64,000 nucleotides of DNA. Source: Candidatus Levyibacteriota bacterium. GTDB lineage: Bacteria > Patescibacteriota > Microgenomatia > Levybacterales > UBA12049. Where the stretch lies: contig SIBS01000001.1 in NCBI GenBank assembly GCA_009695045.1, positions 42,942-106,941 on the forward strand, given 5' to 3'. Positions 39,906 to 51,578 of this stretch are shown here, piece by piece. The translations under genes and the position numbers were made by a program. Under the pieces are notes generated by a model. The model had not been told where the DNA came from and ran no database searches. It was given only the letters and a program-made list of their open reading frames with translations. Every line of letters begins with the position of its first letter. The stretch's first letter is position 1.

Positions 39906-39906
39906 A

Positions 39907-40557
39907 TTATTGTTTCTCCTCTGCTCGATGAATCCAAACCTTGACCCCTATGTAACCCTTCTTTGTTAATGAAGGAACACTAGCATATCTTATATCCTCT
40001 CTAATCGTGGAAAGCGGTACTGTTCCTCTTTGTATTTTTTCTCGTCTTGCAATTTCAGCACCTGCGATTCTACCAGCAAGCACAATCCTAACCCCTTTTG
40101 CGCCTGCGCCCATTACTCTCTCCGATGACATTCCCAAAACTCTCTTATGTGGCAGTCTTTTAGCGAGCTGATCTGCAACATTTCTTGCTACTAAATACGG
40201 ATCAAGATTAGGCTCCTTCACTGGTTCAACACGAATATCAATTTTAGGTGCATTTTTCCCCTTTTTTATAACTCCCAGATGTAATATTATATATTTTTTT
40301 AATTCTTCCAAGCCAGTGCCAGCTCTACCAATCACTATACCTGGTCGAGATACATAAGCAGTTACTCTAATATTATTAATTGAACGTTCAATTTCTATCT
40401 TAGAAACACCTGCCACTTTTAATCTATCCATAAGAAGATTTCTAAGCCTATAATCTTCTATTACAATGTCCTTATATGTTCTTTCATTAAACCAACGACT
40501 ACTCCACGTAGTGAGAACCCCTAATCTTAATATATTTGGATTAATTTTTTGTCCCAT
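39907..40557 (-). CDS. rpsC: 30S ribosomal protein S3
   Basis: [14 protein letters not shown]... with KH and C-terminal domains. Confidence 0.9.
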   Translation of the reverse strand: MGQKINPNILRLGVLTTWSSRWFNERTYKDIVIEDYRLRNLLMDRLKVAGVSKIEIERSINNIRVTAYVSRPGIVIGRAGTGLEELKKYIILHLGVIKKGKNAPKIDIRVEPVKEPNLDPYLVARNVADQLAKRLPHKRVLGMSSERVMGAGAKGVRIVLAGRIAGAEIARREKIQRGTVPLSTIREDIRYASVPSLTKKGYIGVKVWIHRAEEKQ

Positions 40558-40888
40558 TTGATACCTCCTCTAATATTATTTCTATATGGCTACTTCTTTT
40601 TTTATATGGATGCACCCTTCCCCTAGTTGAAGGATGAAAACGTTTTAATGCTTGACCTTCAGAAATTTCAATTTTTTTAATCATTAGTTTTCCTGTCACT
40701 TTTGCGTTATTAAGCGCATTGGCCATTGCACTTTGCAATGTCTTTTGAATTGGCATTGATCCTCTTTTCTTAGTTAATGAAAGCAGACGCAAAGCATAAT
40801 TAGCAGACTTATTACGAACGGTATCAGCTATTAAGCGTACTTTTCTTGGACTTATTCTAATTGATTTAGTTATTGCTCTTATTTGCAT
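40541..40888 (-). CDS. rplV: 50S ribosomal protein L22
   Basis: ...IRISPRKVRLIADTVRNK.... Confidence 0.9.
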   Translation of the reverse strand: MQIRAITKSIRISPRKVRLIADTVRNKSANYALRLLSLTKKRGSMPIQKTLQSAMANALNNAKVTGKLMIKKIEISEGQALKRFHPSTRGRVHPYKKRSSHIEIILEEVSNGTKN

Positions 40889-40901
40889 ATCTTATTAGTT
40901 A

Positions 40902-41186
40902 CTATGTCTTAGAAGCCTCTCTTGCAACAATTCTTCCATGACTCCTAAAGGTTCTAGTTGCAGAAAATTCTCCCAAGCGATGACTTACCATTGATTCAAC
41001 AACGAATACATTAATAAATGTCTTGCCATTATGAACTCCAAAGGTATGTCCAACAAACTCAGGCGGAATTTGACTTACCCTTGCCCAAGTCTTAATCGGT
41101 GATTTATCTCCCGATTGCTTCTGTTTCATTACCTTTTTTAATAATTTTACGTCCACATATGGACCTTTCTTAGATGATCTTGCCAT
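40902..41186 (-). CDS. rpsS: 30S ribosomal protein S19
   Basis: [12 protein letters not shown]...[10 protein letters not shown].... Confidence 0.9.
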   Translation of the reverse strand: MARSSKKGPYVDVKLLKKVMKQKQSGDKSPIKTWARVSQIPPEFVGHTFGVHNGKTFINVFVVESMVSHRLGEFSATRTFRSHGRIVAREASKT

Positions 41187-41926
41187 TATTTCTTTCTCCT
41201 ACTAATAATATATTTATTTGAATACTTATTTTTATTTCTTGTTTTTCCGACTGCTTTTCTTCCTGCGAAAGTTTTTGGAGATTTCATTCCAATTCCACTT
41301 CTTCCTTCTCCTCCTCCGTGAGGATGAGATCGTGGATTCTGAGCAACTCCCCTAACAGTTGGTCTTATTCCCATGTTTCGCTTTCTTCCCGCTTTACCAA
41401 TTACTTCATTTTTCAAGTCTATATTTCCAACTTGACCAATAGTAGCAAATCCATCCGATCTAATCCTTCGAACTTCTCCTGATGGAAGCTTAAGGTGCAC
41501 GTATCCTTTTTCTTTTGCCTGAATAGTTATAGCTGACCCAGCTCCTCGTCCAATTTGACCTCCTCGACCTGGAGTAATTTCGACATTGTGCACAAATGTA
41601 CCAACTGGAATTTTTTCAAGCGGTAAAGCATTGCCAACTTTTATATCTACATCAGAACCAGATATAACCGTATCTCCTATTTTTAAATCCTGAGGCATAA
41701 GTATATATCTTTTTTCACCATCCATGTATTGTATAAGAGCTATATCACTAGTGCGATTAGGATCGTATTCTACGGCAACTACTTTACCCAAGAGACCTAT
41801 TTTATCACGTTTGAAGTCTATTGTGCGTAGGTATCTTTTGTGTTGCCCACCCTGATGACGAACAGCAACTCTTCCCTGAGAATCTCTACCAGAATTTTTC
41901 TTTTTTATAACTTTTAGTTTTCTCAT
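41186..41926 (-). CDS. rplB: 50S ribosomal protein L2
   Basis: ...[13 protein letters not shown]... and the SH3-like core. Confidence 0.9.
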   Translation of the reverse strand: MRKLKVIKKKNSGRDSQGRVAVRHQGGQHKRYLRTIDFKRDKIGLLGKVVAVEYDPNRTSDIALIQYMDGEKRYILMPQDLKIGDTVISGSDVDIKVGNALPLEKIPVGTFVHNVEITPGRGGQIGRGAGSAITIQAKEKGYVHLKLPSGEVRRIRSDGFATIGQVGNIDLKNEVIGKAGRKRNMGIRPTVRGVAQNPRSHPHGGGEGRSGIGMKSPKTFAGRKAVGKTRNKNKYSNKYIISRRKK

Positions 41927-42246
41927 TATTTTGCTTCGCTTCCTAAATCAAACATATTAATTTTTTGTCCTTTTTTAAGAGTTACAGTTGCTTTTTTCCA
42001 AGATGAAACTTTAACTTCTTCTTTTCTAATACCTATTCTTTTTCTTTTTCCTTTAACATTTGATGTTGTAATCTTTACCACTTCAACATTAAATTTTTGA
42101 GTAACAGCTTTTCTAATCATGTCTTTTGATGCTGCGGAAGACACATGAAAAGTAAACTTACTTTCATCAGTTAGCTTAATTGAATGTTCTGTTAATATTG
42201 GTTTAATAATTATTGTATTTATATCCATATCAAACTCTCTTAGCAA
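41926..42246 (-). CDS. rplW: 50S ribosomal protein L23
   Basis: ...[10 protein letters not shown]...KFTFHV.... Confidence 0.85.
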   Translation of the reverse strand: MLREFDMDINTIIIKPILTEHSIKLTDESKFTFHVSSAASKDMIRKAVTQKFNVEVVKITTSNVKGKRKRIGIRKEEVKVSSWKKATVTLKKGQKINMFDLGSEAK

Positions 42247-42958
42247 ACGCTTTATCTATATCAGGAATTGATTCAACCATGCATATAATATGCTTATTAC
42301 GAATAACATCATATGTATTCATTTTTCCGACCGTAACATAAGAAACATTCTTAATATTTCTCAAAGCTCTAGATATATTCTCGGATGAAGCAGCTAGAAC
42401 TATAAGTATATTTTTTCCATCAGAAAGAGAGAGTGCATTTAACATAGCTACTGCCTCTTTTGTTTTTACATTTATATTTGAGATTCCCTCAACCATTCGT
42501 ATCATATTGTCATTAATTTTTGCAGAAAGAGCCGATCTCATCGCTGCTTTTCTCATTTTCTGCGGCAAAACAAGAGAAAAATCGTGTGGACGAGGACCAT
42601 GTGCAATTCCACCTTTTACAAAAATTGGAGCTCTTATGGCTCCATGCCTAGCTCGCCCTGTACCTTTTTGTTGATAAATTTTACGAGTTGAACCTCTAAC
42701 TTCCCCTCTATTCTTTGTTGATGCTGTCCCATGACGCTGATTTGCTCGATAAACTCGTACCGCTTGTGCTAAGAGTGAATTATTTATCTTTTCACCAAAT
42801 ACACTTTGAGATAATTCAATATTTCTTACTATTTTTCCTTTTACATCATACACATCAATAAGAATTGCATTTTCTACTTTTTCAATTAATTTCTTAATAA
42901 CTTTTTTATCTGCAATCGTAGATTTAGGCATTTTCTTTTTTATCCTCTCTATTTTCAA
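42230..42958 (-). CDS. rplD: 50S ribosomal protein L4
   Basis: ...RQKGTGRARHGAIRAPIFVKGGIAHGP.... Confidence 0.9.
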   Translation of the reverse strand: MKIERIKKKMPKSTIADKKVIKKLIEKVENAILIDVYDVKGKIVRNIELSQSVFGEKINNSLLAQAVRVYRANQRHGTASTKNRGEVRGSTRKIYQQKGTGRARHGAIRAPIFVKGGIAHGPRPHDFSLVLPQKMRKAAMRSALSAKINDNMIRMVEGISNINVKTKEAVAMLNALSLSDGKNILIVLAASSENISRALRNIKNVSYVTVGKMNTYDVIRNKHIICMVESIPDIDKAFAKRV

Positions 42959-43730
42959 TAAAAACTTCTTCTATTTTCTCTTCTATTTTTTCTTCTTCAA
43001 TATTTTCTTGAACTACATTAATTTCTTGATTCGATTGCTCAATAACTTCTACCAACGGCTCTTCAGCTACATATAATGGAATAAAAACCTTAAGTTCCCC
43101 AACTTTTTTTATAATGAGCAGTGCATCCTTAGTTCCAGGAACTAAGCCTTTTATCAAAAGACTATCTGGATTGACCGCTACTACGGTAAGGTTTCTCACG
43201 GTCACTCGATCACTTCCCATTCTTCCTGCCATCCTTTTACCTTTATAAACTCTTCCTGGCGTTGTTGTTTGACCAATGGATCCTGGAGCTCTTTCCCTAT
43301 CTGATTGTCCATGAGTACGAGGACCACCCTTGAAGCCATGCCTTTTAACAACCCCAGCAAAACCTTTTCCTTTTGAAACACCTATTACATCTACTATGTC
43401 TCCCTGCTTTAACACGCTTTCTAATTTAATAATTTCACCAACTTTTGGCAATTGCTCTTCTGCTATATCTAAATACTCTAATCTTATTTCACGCAAAAAA
43501 CGAGGCGCTACTTTTAAATTTGCCTCTTTTGCTTGTCCAATTTCTGCCATGTTTGCTTTTTTATTTTCCCCTACACCAACCGTTATTGACCAGTATCCAT
43601 TTTTCTCCTTAGTTTGAATCTTCATCACGGGAAGATCTGAAACTCTAATCATAGTAACAGGTATTCTCTGTCCATCTATTAAAAATCTTTGACCCTGCTG
43701 TGACTTTTGTCCAATTAATGTATGTATCAT
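42924..43730 (-). CDS. rplC: 50S ribosomal protein L3 (acidic C-terminal extension)
   Basis: ...GVSKGKGFAGVVKRHGFKGGPRTHGQSDRERAPGSIG.... Confidence 0.9.
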   Translation of the reverse strand: MIHTLIGQKSQQGQRFLIDGQRIPVTMIRVSDLPVMKIQTKEKNGYWSITVGVGENKKANMAEIGQAKEANLKVAPRFLREIRLEYLDIAEEQLPKVGEIIKLESVLKQGDIVDVIGVSKGKGFAGVVKRHGFKGGPRTHGQSDRERAPGSIGQTTTPGRVYKGKRMAGRMGSDRVTVRNLTVVAVNPDSLLIKGLVPGTKDALLIIKKVGELKVFIPLYVAEEPLVEVIEQSNQEINVVQENIEEEKIEEKIEEVFIENREDKKENA

Positions 43731-43877
43731 AATTTTTTATTCTTCAAACAAAAAAAGTAGCCTCATGGACTACCTTATCTTTACATTAAAAGTAAATTTA
43801 TGCCCCTAGGCTTCTTTAACCTCAATAATGTTGATTATACTATATTTACGCACTAAAATAAAGCTTTTACCCTTGAG

Positions 43878-44186
43878 TTACATCTTTATTTCAATATCTA
43901 CCCCCGCTGGTAGCTCGAGATGAGTTAGGCTATCAATTGTTTTATCTGTTGGAGAAACTATATCTATTAGTCTTTTATGAATACGTATCTCAAAATGATC
44001 TCTCGCATTCTTATCTATAAATGGAGACTTATTTACAGCATATACGCTTCTTTGTGTTGGCAGAGGAATTGGACCAACAATATGAGCACCGGTTCTTATC
44101 GCCGTATCAAGTATTTGTTGACAACAAGAATCTATAACTCTTGCATCATAACTTTTTAATCTGACTCGTATTCTTCCTTTTGACAT
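43878..44186 (-). CDS. rpsJ: 30S ribosomal protein S10
   Basis: MSKGRIRVRLKSYD...LPTQRSVYAVNKSPFIDKNARD.... Confidence 0.9.
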   Translation of the reverse strand: MSKGRIRVRLKSYDARVIDSCCQQILDTAIRTGAHIVGPIPLPTQRSVYAVNKSPFIDKNARDHFEIRIHKRLIDIVSPTDKTIDSLTHLELPAGVDIEIKM

Positions 44187-44280
44187 TATTTTTTTCCTTT
44201 TTAAGGTTCTAATATAGCCGCTCTAAGCAAAATGACTAGATATTGAATCAGAATGCTAAAAGAGGCAAGAAGATAGATAA

Positions 44281-45462
44281 TTAGGCAATAACTTTAGTAA
44301 TAACACCAGCACCTACTGTTTTTCCACCTTCTCGAATAGCAAAACGTACGCCATCTTCTATAGCTACTGGACTAATAAGTTTAACTGTCATTTTAATATT
44401 ATCACCAGGCATAACCATTTCAATTCCAGTTGGTAGAGTTGCCTCTCCTGTTACATCAGTTGTTCGCACATAAAATTGTGGACGATAACCAGTAAAGAAT
44501 GGTGTATGACGTCCACCTTCTTCTTTAGTAAGAATATATACCTCTGCTTCAAAATCAGTATGCGGGGTTATTGATCCAGGCTTTGCAATAACTTGACCTC
44601 TTTCAACATCTGCCTTCTCAACTCCACGAAGCAATACTCCCATATTGTCTCCTGCCTGTCCTTCATCAAGTTGTTTTCGAAACATTTCAATTCCAGTAAC
44701 TACACTTGCTTTAGTTGTCTTAATACCAATTATTTCAACAGCGTCATTTATTTTAATAACACCTCTTTCCGCTCTACCTGTAACAACTGTTCCTCTTCCC
44801 TTAATTGAGAATACATCTTCAACAGGTAATAGGAATGGCTTTTCTATGTCGCGTACTGGAGTAGGAATGTATTCATCTACTGTTTTCATAAGTTCAAGAA
44901 TTTTTGATTCTGCATCAGCATCTGCCTCTAATGCTTTTAATGCTGATCCACGAATAATTGGGGTCGTATCTCCTGGATATTGATATTTAGTTAACAACTC
45001 TCTGACTTCCATTTCTACTAAGTCAAGAAGTTCTTCATCTTGAACCATATCGCATTTATTAAGGAACACAACAATTGCTGGAACACCTACTTGTCTTGCA
45101 AGCAAGATGTGTTCACGAGTTTGAGGCATTGGACCATCTGGAGCAGAAACTACAAGTATTGCGCCATCCATCTGAGCTGCTCCCGTAATCATATTTTTAA
45201 TATAATCCGCATGACCTGGTGCATCTATATGGGCATAATGACGATTCTCTGTTTCATATTCAATGTGTGAGATATTAATAGTAACTCCTCTTGCTTTTTC
45301 TTCTGGGGCATTATCTATATCTTCATACTTCTTTGCCTTAGCTAATCCTTTTTTAGATAATACTGTTGCAATAGCAGCAGTAGTAGTAGTTTTACCATGA
45401 TCTACGTGACCAATTGTGCCAATATTTACGTGTGGTTTATTTCGAACAAATTTATCAGCCAT
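44281..45462 (-). CDS. tuf: elongation factor Tu
   Basis: [21 protein letters not shown] and the full three-domain EF-Tu. Confidence 0.95.
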   Translation of the reverse strand: MADKFVRNKPHVNIGTIGHVDHGKTTTTAAIATVLSKKGLAKAKKYEDIDNAPEEKARGVTINISHIEYETENRHYAHIDAPGHADYIKNMITGAAQMDGAILVVSAPDGPMPQTREHILLARQVGVPAIVVFLNKCDMVQDEELLDLVEMEVRELLTKYQYPGDTTPIIRGSALKALEADADAESKILELMKTVDEYIPTPVRDIEKPFLLPVEDVFSIKGRGTVVTGRAERGVIKINDAVEIIGIKTTKASVVTGIEMFRKQLDEGQAGDNMGVLLRGVEKADVERGQVIAKPGSITPHTDFEAEVYILTKEEGGRHTPFFTGYRPQFYVRTTDVTGEATLPTGIEMVMPGDNIKMTVKLISPVAIEDGVRFAIREGGKTVGAGVITKVIA

Positions 45463-45597
45463 AATATTAAAAAAATTATTACCTTATTATTTATTATATA
45501 TAAGGACAAGATGAATAATACACCATTTATTAATGCTCGTCAATACCCTTTTTTGATATTATTAATAAATTAAATAATAAATAAATTATTAATAATA

Positions 45598-46671
45598 TCA
45601 AAAATAGGAATGAGCCCAAAATCCAATCCTTGAAATATCTTGATTAATTAAATAATTTTCCTTTATTTTAACAGATACTTCATCTTCAAACCATACAATA
45701 TGTTGATTGCTGTTTTTATCTTGATAGGTAACTTGCATTTCCGAAGCCTGATCTTCTCTATTAATTATACAGTTAGTAAGTAAACATTTGTCAACAAATT
45801 TCTGCTTAGCTTGATTAAGGCTAATTGGCGATGCTGACGTGGTTGATTGATTTTTCTTATCTACGATCCAGTCATATCCAAACATACCAAATACAATAAC
45901 TATTTTTTCTTTTGATACTTCAGAATTAAAAGATTTTATCATTCTCTTAAAGTCGTAGCCATATTTTTCTGAACCTCCAAAAGGAAAGTTGGGACCAGGA
46001 TTTCCAGATGACTTATGAAAATCGTAAGCCATAATAAAAACGTCATCACAAAATGTAGCAATTTTATTTACATCATATGGACGAAGACGAAAGTAAACAT
46101 CTCCATACAATGTTATCGCAAATTTTAATCCTTTTTTTTTACTTTCATTTGAAAATATATTTAAAAGTTCTGTTATCTGTCTAATAACAGAATCGAACGA
46201 TAATGCCGATATCTCAAAATCAAGAACCACTCCATTAAAATTATTTTCTTTTGCTATCAATATTGCATCTTTTGCAATTTTTTTCTGCAGAGATATATTT
46301 CCGAGTATACGTGAGTTTATTCTTGAATCTATCATCCTAATCAATAAATCTATATTTTTACCATTAGTTTTTTTTATAAATTGACCTATTTGACGAAATC
46401 CATCATCATTTTTATCAACTCCTAATTCGTTTATTGATATACCAAAATATACATATCTATCATAGTCATCTGATATTGAAGTATTTAATGCCCAATATGG
46501 AACAAATATTATTTTTTCTTTCTTTGTTTTTTGAGATTTAGCTTTTATTGAAATTTTATTCTTAATAATTTTTCCATTAGTGGAAAAATTTTGCTCTTGA
46601 TTTTTCTTATTATAAAAAGCTATTAGTAATAAAACTACAACTAAAATTATAAAGATATTAATCTTTCGCAT
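45598..46671 (-). CDS. membrane-anchored glycoside hydrolase family 18-like (chitinase-fold) protein, probably with degenerate DxxDxDxE motif
   Basis: N-terminal TM helix; FNGVVLDFE (compare GH18 FDGVDLDWE) and FIMAYDFH (compare MTYDxHG). Confidence 0.45.
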   Translation of the reverse strand: MRKINIFIILVVVLLLIAFYNKKNQEQNFSTNGKIIKNKISIKAKSQKTKKEKIIFVPYWALNTSISDDYDRYVYFGISINELGVDKNDDGFRQIGQFIKKTNGKNIDLLIRMIDSRINSRILGNISLQKKIAKDAILIAKENNFNGVVLDFEISALSFDSVIRQITELLNIFSNESKKKGLKFAITLYGDVYFRLRPYDVNKIATFCDDVFIMAYDFHKSSGNPGPNFPFGGSEKYGYDFKRMIKSFNSEVSKEKIVIVFGMFGYDWIVDKKNQSTTSASPISLNQAKQKFVDKCLLTNCIINREDQASEMQVTYQDKNSNQHIVWFEDEVSVKIKENYLINQDISRIGFWAHSYF

Positions 46672-46719
46672 TTATCTATTATACATCTCTATTATATTAA
46701 TCTAAATATACTGGAAGGG

Positions 46720-48864
46720 TTATTGCTGAGCGGAAATACGACCAGTAAAGGTAGACTTTGCCAACATTTGTTCAACAATACTTCTTGGTACCTCTTCATA
46801 GTGAGAAGGCTCCATGTAGTAGCTAGCTCGACCCTGAGACATACTTCTTAACCCAGTAGCGTATCCAGAAAGTTCTGCTAGTGGTACGAGCGCTAATACA
46901 ACAGTTGCCTTACCTCTTTCCTCTGTTCCAGAAATTTGAGCTCTCTTTGATGAAAGATCACCTATAACATCTCCCATAAATTCTGAAGGAGTAGTTACTT
47001 CTACTTTCATTATTGGCTCAAGTAGATTTATTTCTGCTTTTCGACTAGCTGCTTGTAATGCTTGACTAGCAGCAATTTTAAATGCAATCTCAGATGAATC
47101 AACATCGTGATATGACCCATCATAGCAAGTAACTTCTACGTCAACCATTGGATAACCAAGTAGGATACCATTATCAAGCGTTTCTACTATACCTTTCTCT
47201 ATCGCTTTTATAAACTCTGCTGGAATTGCACCGCCCTTAACAGCGTCAACAAACTGATATCCTTCTCCGCGAGCTCTTGGAGTAACGCGAAGATAACAAT
47301 GACCAAATTGTCCACGACCCCCAGATTGACGAATATATTTTCCCTCAGCTTCTGCTATTCCTCTTACTGTTTCTTTATATGCAACTTGTGGCGCTCCTAC
47401 ATTTGCCAATACGTTAAACTCGCGCTTCATTCTGTCAACCATAATTTCCAACTGCAATTCACCCACACCGGCAATTATAGTTTGTCCTGTTTCATGGTTT
47501 GTTTTTACATGAAATGTTGGATCCTCATCCATAAGCCTTTTTAAAGCCATTCCTAATCGTTCCTGATCTGACTTAGTCTTTGGCTCAATAGCAAGAGATA
47601 TGACTGGATCTGGGAATATTATTTTTTCCAACACGATTGGATTTTTAGGCTCGCAGAGAGTATCTCCAGTTATGGTATCTTTAAGTCCAACAACAGCAAC
47701 TATTTCTCCGGCAAATGCTTCTTTAATTTCCTCTCTATGATTTGCATGCATTAGTAATAATCTACCAACACGTTCAGTTATGTTTTTTGTACTATTATAA
47801 ATATAAGAGCCAGATATAATTTTTCCAGAATAAACTCGATAATAAGTTAATCTTCCAACATGAGGATCTATCTGAATTTTAAAAGCTAAACCAGAAAGTG
47901 AGTCTTCTGATGTGAGTTGGCGAATTTCTGGCTCACTCGTTCTTGGATTTATTCCTTTTACCTCTTTTAAGTCTTTAGGTGATGGAAGATATTCGATAAC
48001 TGCATCTAACAATGGCTGAACGCCCTTATGGCGAAGCGAAGATCCTGCATAAATTGGAACTAACTTATATCCAATAACCGCTCTTCTAAGCGCAATGCGC
48101 AATTCCTCTACTGAAATATCTTCTCCATTAAGAAATTTTTCCATTAAAACATCATCTGTTTCGGCAATTTTTTCAACTAATTTTCCACGATATTCTTCAA
48201 CCTGATCTTTCATTTCTGCGGGGACCTCATCTAAAACTTCATATTTTGCTCCTAGTCCCTCTGATCCCCATACATTAGATTTCCTAGTTAATAAATCAAC
48301 TGTGCCAACAAATGTTGATTCACTGCCAATAGGAAGAACCATAATTGCTGGATTAGCACCTAATCTTTCTACGATACTTTTTACTGTTGCTAAAAAATCT
48401 GCTCCCAATTTATCCATCTTATTTACAAAACAAATACGAGGAACTTTGTATTTATCTGCCTGTCGCCATACTGTCTCCGATTGAGATTGAACTCCTTCTT
48501 CAGCATCAAGAACCGTAATTCCGCCATCCAGAACACGTAAGGATCTCTCTACCTCTGCTGTAAAATCTACATGACCAGGAGTATCTATAATATTTATACG
48601 ATGCTCAACTCCTGTTTGCGATCCCTGTGTTTGTTTCCAAAATGCGGTTGTAGCTGCAGAGACTATAGTTATGCCTCGTTCTTTTTCCTGCTCCATCCAA
48701 TCCATAACCGTATTTCCTTCATCAATGTCGCCAATTTTATGAGTTACACCTGTATAATATAAGATTCGTTCTGTCGTAGTTGTTTTCCCTGCATCAATAT
48801 GGGCAATAATGCCAATATTTCTAATCTTATCTAAATCATATGCTGTTCGTGCTACGTCTGCCAT
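46720..48864 (-). CDS. fusA: elongation factor G
   Basis: [17 protein letters not shown] and all five EF-G domains. Confidence 0.95.
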   Translation of the reverse strand: MADVARTAYDLDKIRNIGIIAHIDAGKTTTTERILYYTGVTHKIGDIDEGNTVMDWMEQEKERGITIVSAATTAFWKQTQGSQTGVEHRINIIDTPGHVDFTAEVERSLRVLDGGITVLDAEEGVQSQSETVWRQADKYKVPRICFVNKMDKLGADFLATVKSIVERLGANPAIMVLPIGSESTFVGTVDLLTRKSNVWGSEGLGAKYEVLDEVPAEMKDQVEEYRGKLVEKIAETDDVLMEKFLNGEDISVEELRIALRRAVIGYKLVPIYAGSSLRHKGVQPLLDAVIEYLPSPKDLKEVKGINPRTSEPEIRQLTSEDSLSGLAFKIQIDPHVGRLTYYRVYSGKIISGSYIYNSTKNITERVGRLLLMHANHREEIKEAFAGEIVAVVGLKDTITGDTLCEPKNPIVLEKIIFPDPVISLAIEPKTKSDQERLGMALKRLMDEDPTFHVKTNHETGQTIIAGVGELQLEIMVDRMKREFNVLANVGAPQVAYKETVRGIAEAEGKYIRQSGGRGQFGHCYLRVTPRARGEGYQFVDAVKGGAIPAEFIKAIEKGIVETLDNGILLGYPMVDVEVTCYDGSYHDVDSSEIAFKIAASQALQAASRKAEINLLEPIMKVEVTTPSEFMGDVIGDLSSKRAQISGTEERGKATVVLALVPLAELSGYATGLRSMSQGRASYYMEPSHYEEVPRSIVEQMLAKSTFTGRISAQQ

Positions 48865-49019
48865 AATAAAAATCTATATATAGTATATTCATTTAATGAA
48901 TATTATTTATATGTCTAGATTAAAAATTATACCACAATTTTAATTAGTGTTCCATAGGTACTAAATATTAATTAAAATCATAATTAATAATGTTTACTTA
49001 GTATGTTATAATATTTTTT

Positions 49020-49625
49020 ATGATGAACAAGATGGGTTTATTTATCATCATCGTGATAGTTGGAGTATTTGCCGTTCTTATTATGACTAATCAATCACCA
49101 AAAACAAACAATAAGCAAACACTTGACGAATTACCAAAAATAAAAATTACACCTGAAACAATGGTTACAGAAATAGCTAATCCCATTACGGAGACAGGGA
49201 AGGGTAAAATCTCAAAAGGCATTATTAAAACAAATAAAGGTGGTATTGAATTAGATTTCTATATAAATGATGCACCAAATACAATTTCTAATTTTGTAAA
49301 AAAAGCAGAAACAGGATTTTATAAAAATCTTACATTCCACCGCATCGAAGATTGGGTTGCTCAAGGTGGAGACCCCTCAGGAAATGGTACAGGTGGAGGC
49401 AGTATGTCAGTAGAGTTTAATACTAAGCCATTTATAGTTGGATCACTTGGTATAGCAAGTAGAGGAGATGGAAAGGTTCAAAATGATGCACAATTCTTTA
49501 TAACAAAAAAGGACTCGCCTCATCTTAATGGATCATATACAAATTTTGGGATAGTCACGAAAGGGATGGATGTTGTAAATAAACTAGAAATTGGTGATAA
49601 AATCCTCGAAATAACCATATATTAA
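49020..49625 (+). CDS. cyclophilin-type peptidyl-prolyl cis-trans isomerase with N-terminal TM anchor
   Basis: ...FHRIEDWVAQGGDPSGNGTGG... and ...NDAQFFIT... match the cyclophilin core. Confidence 0.8.
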   Translation: MMNKMGLFIIIVIVGVFAVLIMTNQSPKTNNKQTLDELPKIKITPETMVTEIANPITETGKGKISKGIIKTNKGGIELDFYINDAPNTISNFVKKAETGFYKNLTFHRIEDWVAQGGDPSGNGTGGGSMSVEFNTKPFIVGSLGIASRGDGKVQNDAQFFITKKDSPHLNGSYTNFGIVTKGMDVVNKLEIGDKILEITIY

Positions 49626-49627
49626 TA

Positions 49628-50575
49628 TTATCCTGCCTTCAACTCTTTACCAGCACGAATAAAATTAACCAACACCCAATCAGCTGGACCCTTTACTTCC
49701 ACATGATGACTAACTGTTCTTCCATCTAAAAGAGGTGAATGCGTCTGAAGTCCTTTTCTAAAAAATTTGCCATTTATATCTACAAATGCGTCATTATCTA
49801 ATTTAGCATATTTTCCTTTTCCAATCTGAAGCGGTAATAATTTCCCAATCCATAAATGATTTGATGGCATAATAAAATCTCTATCATTACTTTTTTTAAA
49901 ATAATTTTCAAAAAGAAAAGTACGCACATCATTAAAAGTTGGATAATTAGGAATGATAATAGAAGCACTAGAATCAGGTATCCAATATCTTTCTTTTTCA
50001 TCTATGCGAAGGTATATACCTGAAAACAAAAAATTTCCATCATTTTTTTTCTCATAATGTTTTCGCCAATGATTTCCCTCCTCACCGAAAGGAAAGATTC
50101 CATCTTCGTTATCTGTGCTCATTAAGTCAATTAACTCATCGCCTGTAATTCTTGCTTCATTTGGAGTAATAAAAAAATGAAATGGCCTGTCTTCTTTTTG
50201 AAGCAATAATGGACGAGAACCATGATTAACCATACGAAGCATTATTCCAAATCCCTCTTTTGGGATTTCTTTATCACCAACACCATTTATGACTTGTCCA
50301 ATCAGCTCTTTGCCGATATCCAACGCAACATGTGCCCACCTGCTTCTAATATGTAATTCTAAAGCCAGCCTTAATGTTTCAGCAGAAATATTTCCATTGA
50401 ATGGTATATTATCTGGAGCAATAGTAAATGGTATATTTTCTGAATTGTTTGGATTTATAAGAGTATCACGCAATACGGTGAGTGGAGCACCTATCCAAAG
50501 AGTATTACCAAATCCCTTCAATTCCTTCTGAATATTCTTGTTTTCTATGTGAGTAAGATTTTCTGAGATTGCCAT
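49628..50575 (-). CDS. hypothetical protein (315 aa), no recognisable family
   Basis: Intact ORF lying between rpsG and fusA; no motif I can assign. Confidence 0.4.
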   Translation of the reverse strand: MAISENLTHIENKNIQKELKGFGNTLWIGAPLTVLRDTLINPNNSENIPFTIAPDNIPFNGNISAETLRLALELHIRSRWAHVALDIGKELIGQVINGVGDKEIPKEGFGIMLRMVNHGSRPLLLQKEDRPFHFFITPNEARITGDELIDLMSTDNEDGIFPFGEEGNHWRKHYEKKNDGNFLFSGIYLRIDEKERYWIPDSSASIIIPNYPTFNDVRTFLFENYFKKSNDRDFIMPSNHLWIGKLLPLQIGKGKYAKLDNDAFVDINGKFFRKGLQTHSPLLDGRTVSHHVEVKGPADWVLVNFIRAGKELKAG

Positions 50576-50673
50576 ATGGAGACTATTTTAACAAATTTAT
50601 ATTATAATCACAAAAATTAAATAAAAAATTTAGTTTATAATTATAGTTGGGAATTTATATATACAGAAAGTGA

Positions 50674-51147
50674 TTACCATCTAAAGTGAGCAAATGCCCT
50701 ATTTGCCTCAGCCATACGGTGAATCGTATCTCTCTTTTTAACTGCTTCACCCTTATTATCAACCGCATCTAATAGCTCTGCTGCAAGTTTTTCTCCAAAT
50801 GTATGATATTCCTTATTTGATCTTTTTCGTGCAGCCTCCAATATCCATCTACCAGCTAATGATACCTTTCTCTCTCCTCGCACCTCTGATGGAACCTGAT
50901 AATTAGCTCCACCAACCCTTCGTGCTCTAACTTCTTGCTTTGGTGCAACATTTTGCATTGCTTTTTCAAATATCTCTAATGGATCTTTTTCTTTACTTTT
51001 AATAATATCGAATGCGCTATAGACAATATTCTCAGCAATAGTTTTTTTACCATCATTCATGAGACGATTAATAAATTTTGCAACTAATTTATTATTATAT
51101 ATCTTATCTGGATCTATATCTCTTTTACTTGCTTTATTATCTCTCAT
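50674..51147 (-). CDS. rpsG: 30S ribosomal protein S7
   Basis: ...[16 protein letters not shown]...GKKTIAE...[21 protein letters not shown].... Confidence 0.9.
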   Translation of the reverse strand: MRDNKASKRDIDPDKIYNNKLVAKFINRLMNDGKKTIAENIVYSAFDIIKSKEKDPLEIFEKAMQNVAPKQEVRARRVGGANYQVPSEVRGERKVSLAGRWILEAARKRSNKEYHTFGEKLAAELLDAVDNKGEAVKKRDTIHRMAEANRAFAHFRW

Positions 51148-51149
51148 AT

Positions 51150-51575
51150 TTAAACCTTTGCCCCTGCTGCATCTCTTTTTGTTCCATACTTACTACGTGA
51201 ACTTTTTCTACCCACCACTCCCATTAAATCATACTTACCTCGAACGATGTGATATTTAACTCCTGGCAAATCTTTTACACGACCACCTCGAACAAGAACT
51301 ATACCATGTTCAGAAAGTGAATGGCCAACGCCCTGAATATAAGCAGTAACTTCCATCCTATTTGAAAGCTTAACTCGAGCAACCTTTCGAAGCGCTGAAT
51401 TTGGCTTTCTTGGAGTCATTGTCTTAACAAGAGTTACTACTCCACGCTTTTGTGGTGATAAATCTCCTGTATAGATTCTATCTTTTGCATTATATAAACG
51501 ACGAAGTGCATTCGCTTTTGTTTTTTTAGACTTTTTCTGTCTCCCATTCTTTGCTAATTGTGACAGTGTAGGCAT
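51150..51575 (-). CDS. rpsL: 30S ribosomal protein S12
   Basis: [13 protein letters not shown]...[18 protein letters not shown].... Confidence 0.95.
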   Translation of the reverse strand: MPTLSQLAKNGRQKKSKKTKANALRRLYNAKDRIYTGDLSPQKRGVVTLVKTMTPRKPNSALRKVARVKLSNRMEVTAYIQGVGHSLSEHGIVLVRGGRVKDLPGVKYHIVRGKYDLMGVVGRKSSRSKYGTKRDAAGAKV

Positions 51576-51578
51576 ATT

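Noticed and set aside
35440-45270. Plus-strand ORFs inside the ribosomal operon (35440..35751, 37990..38394, 43330..43617, 44645..44983 and others)
   Set aside because: Antisense shadows of ribosomal protein, secY and tuf genes.
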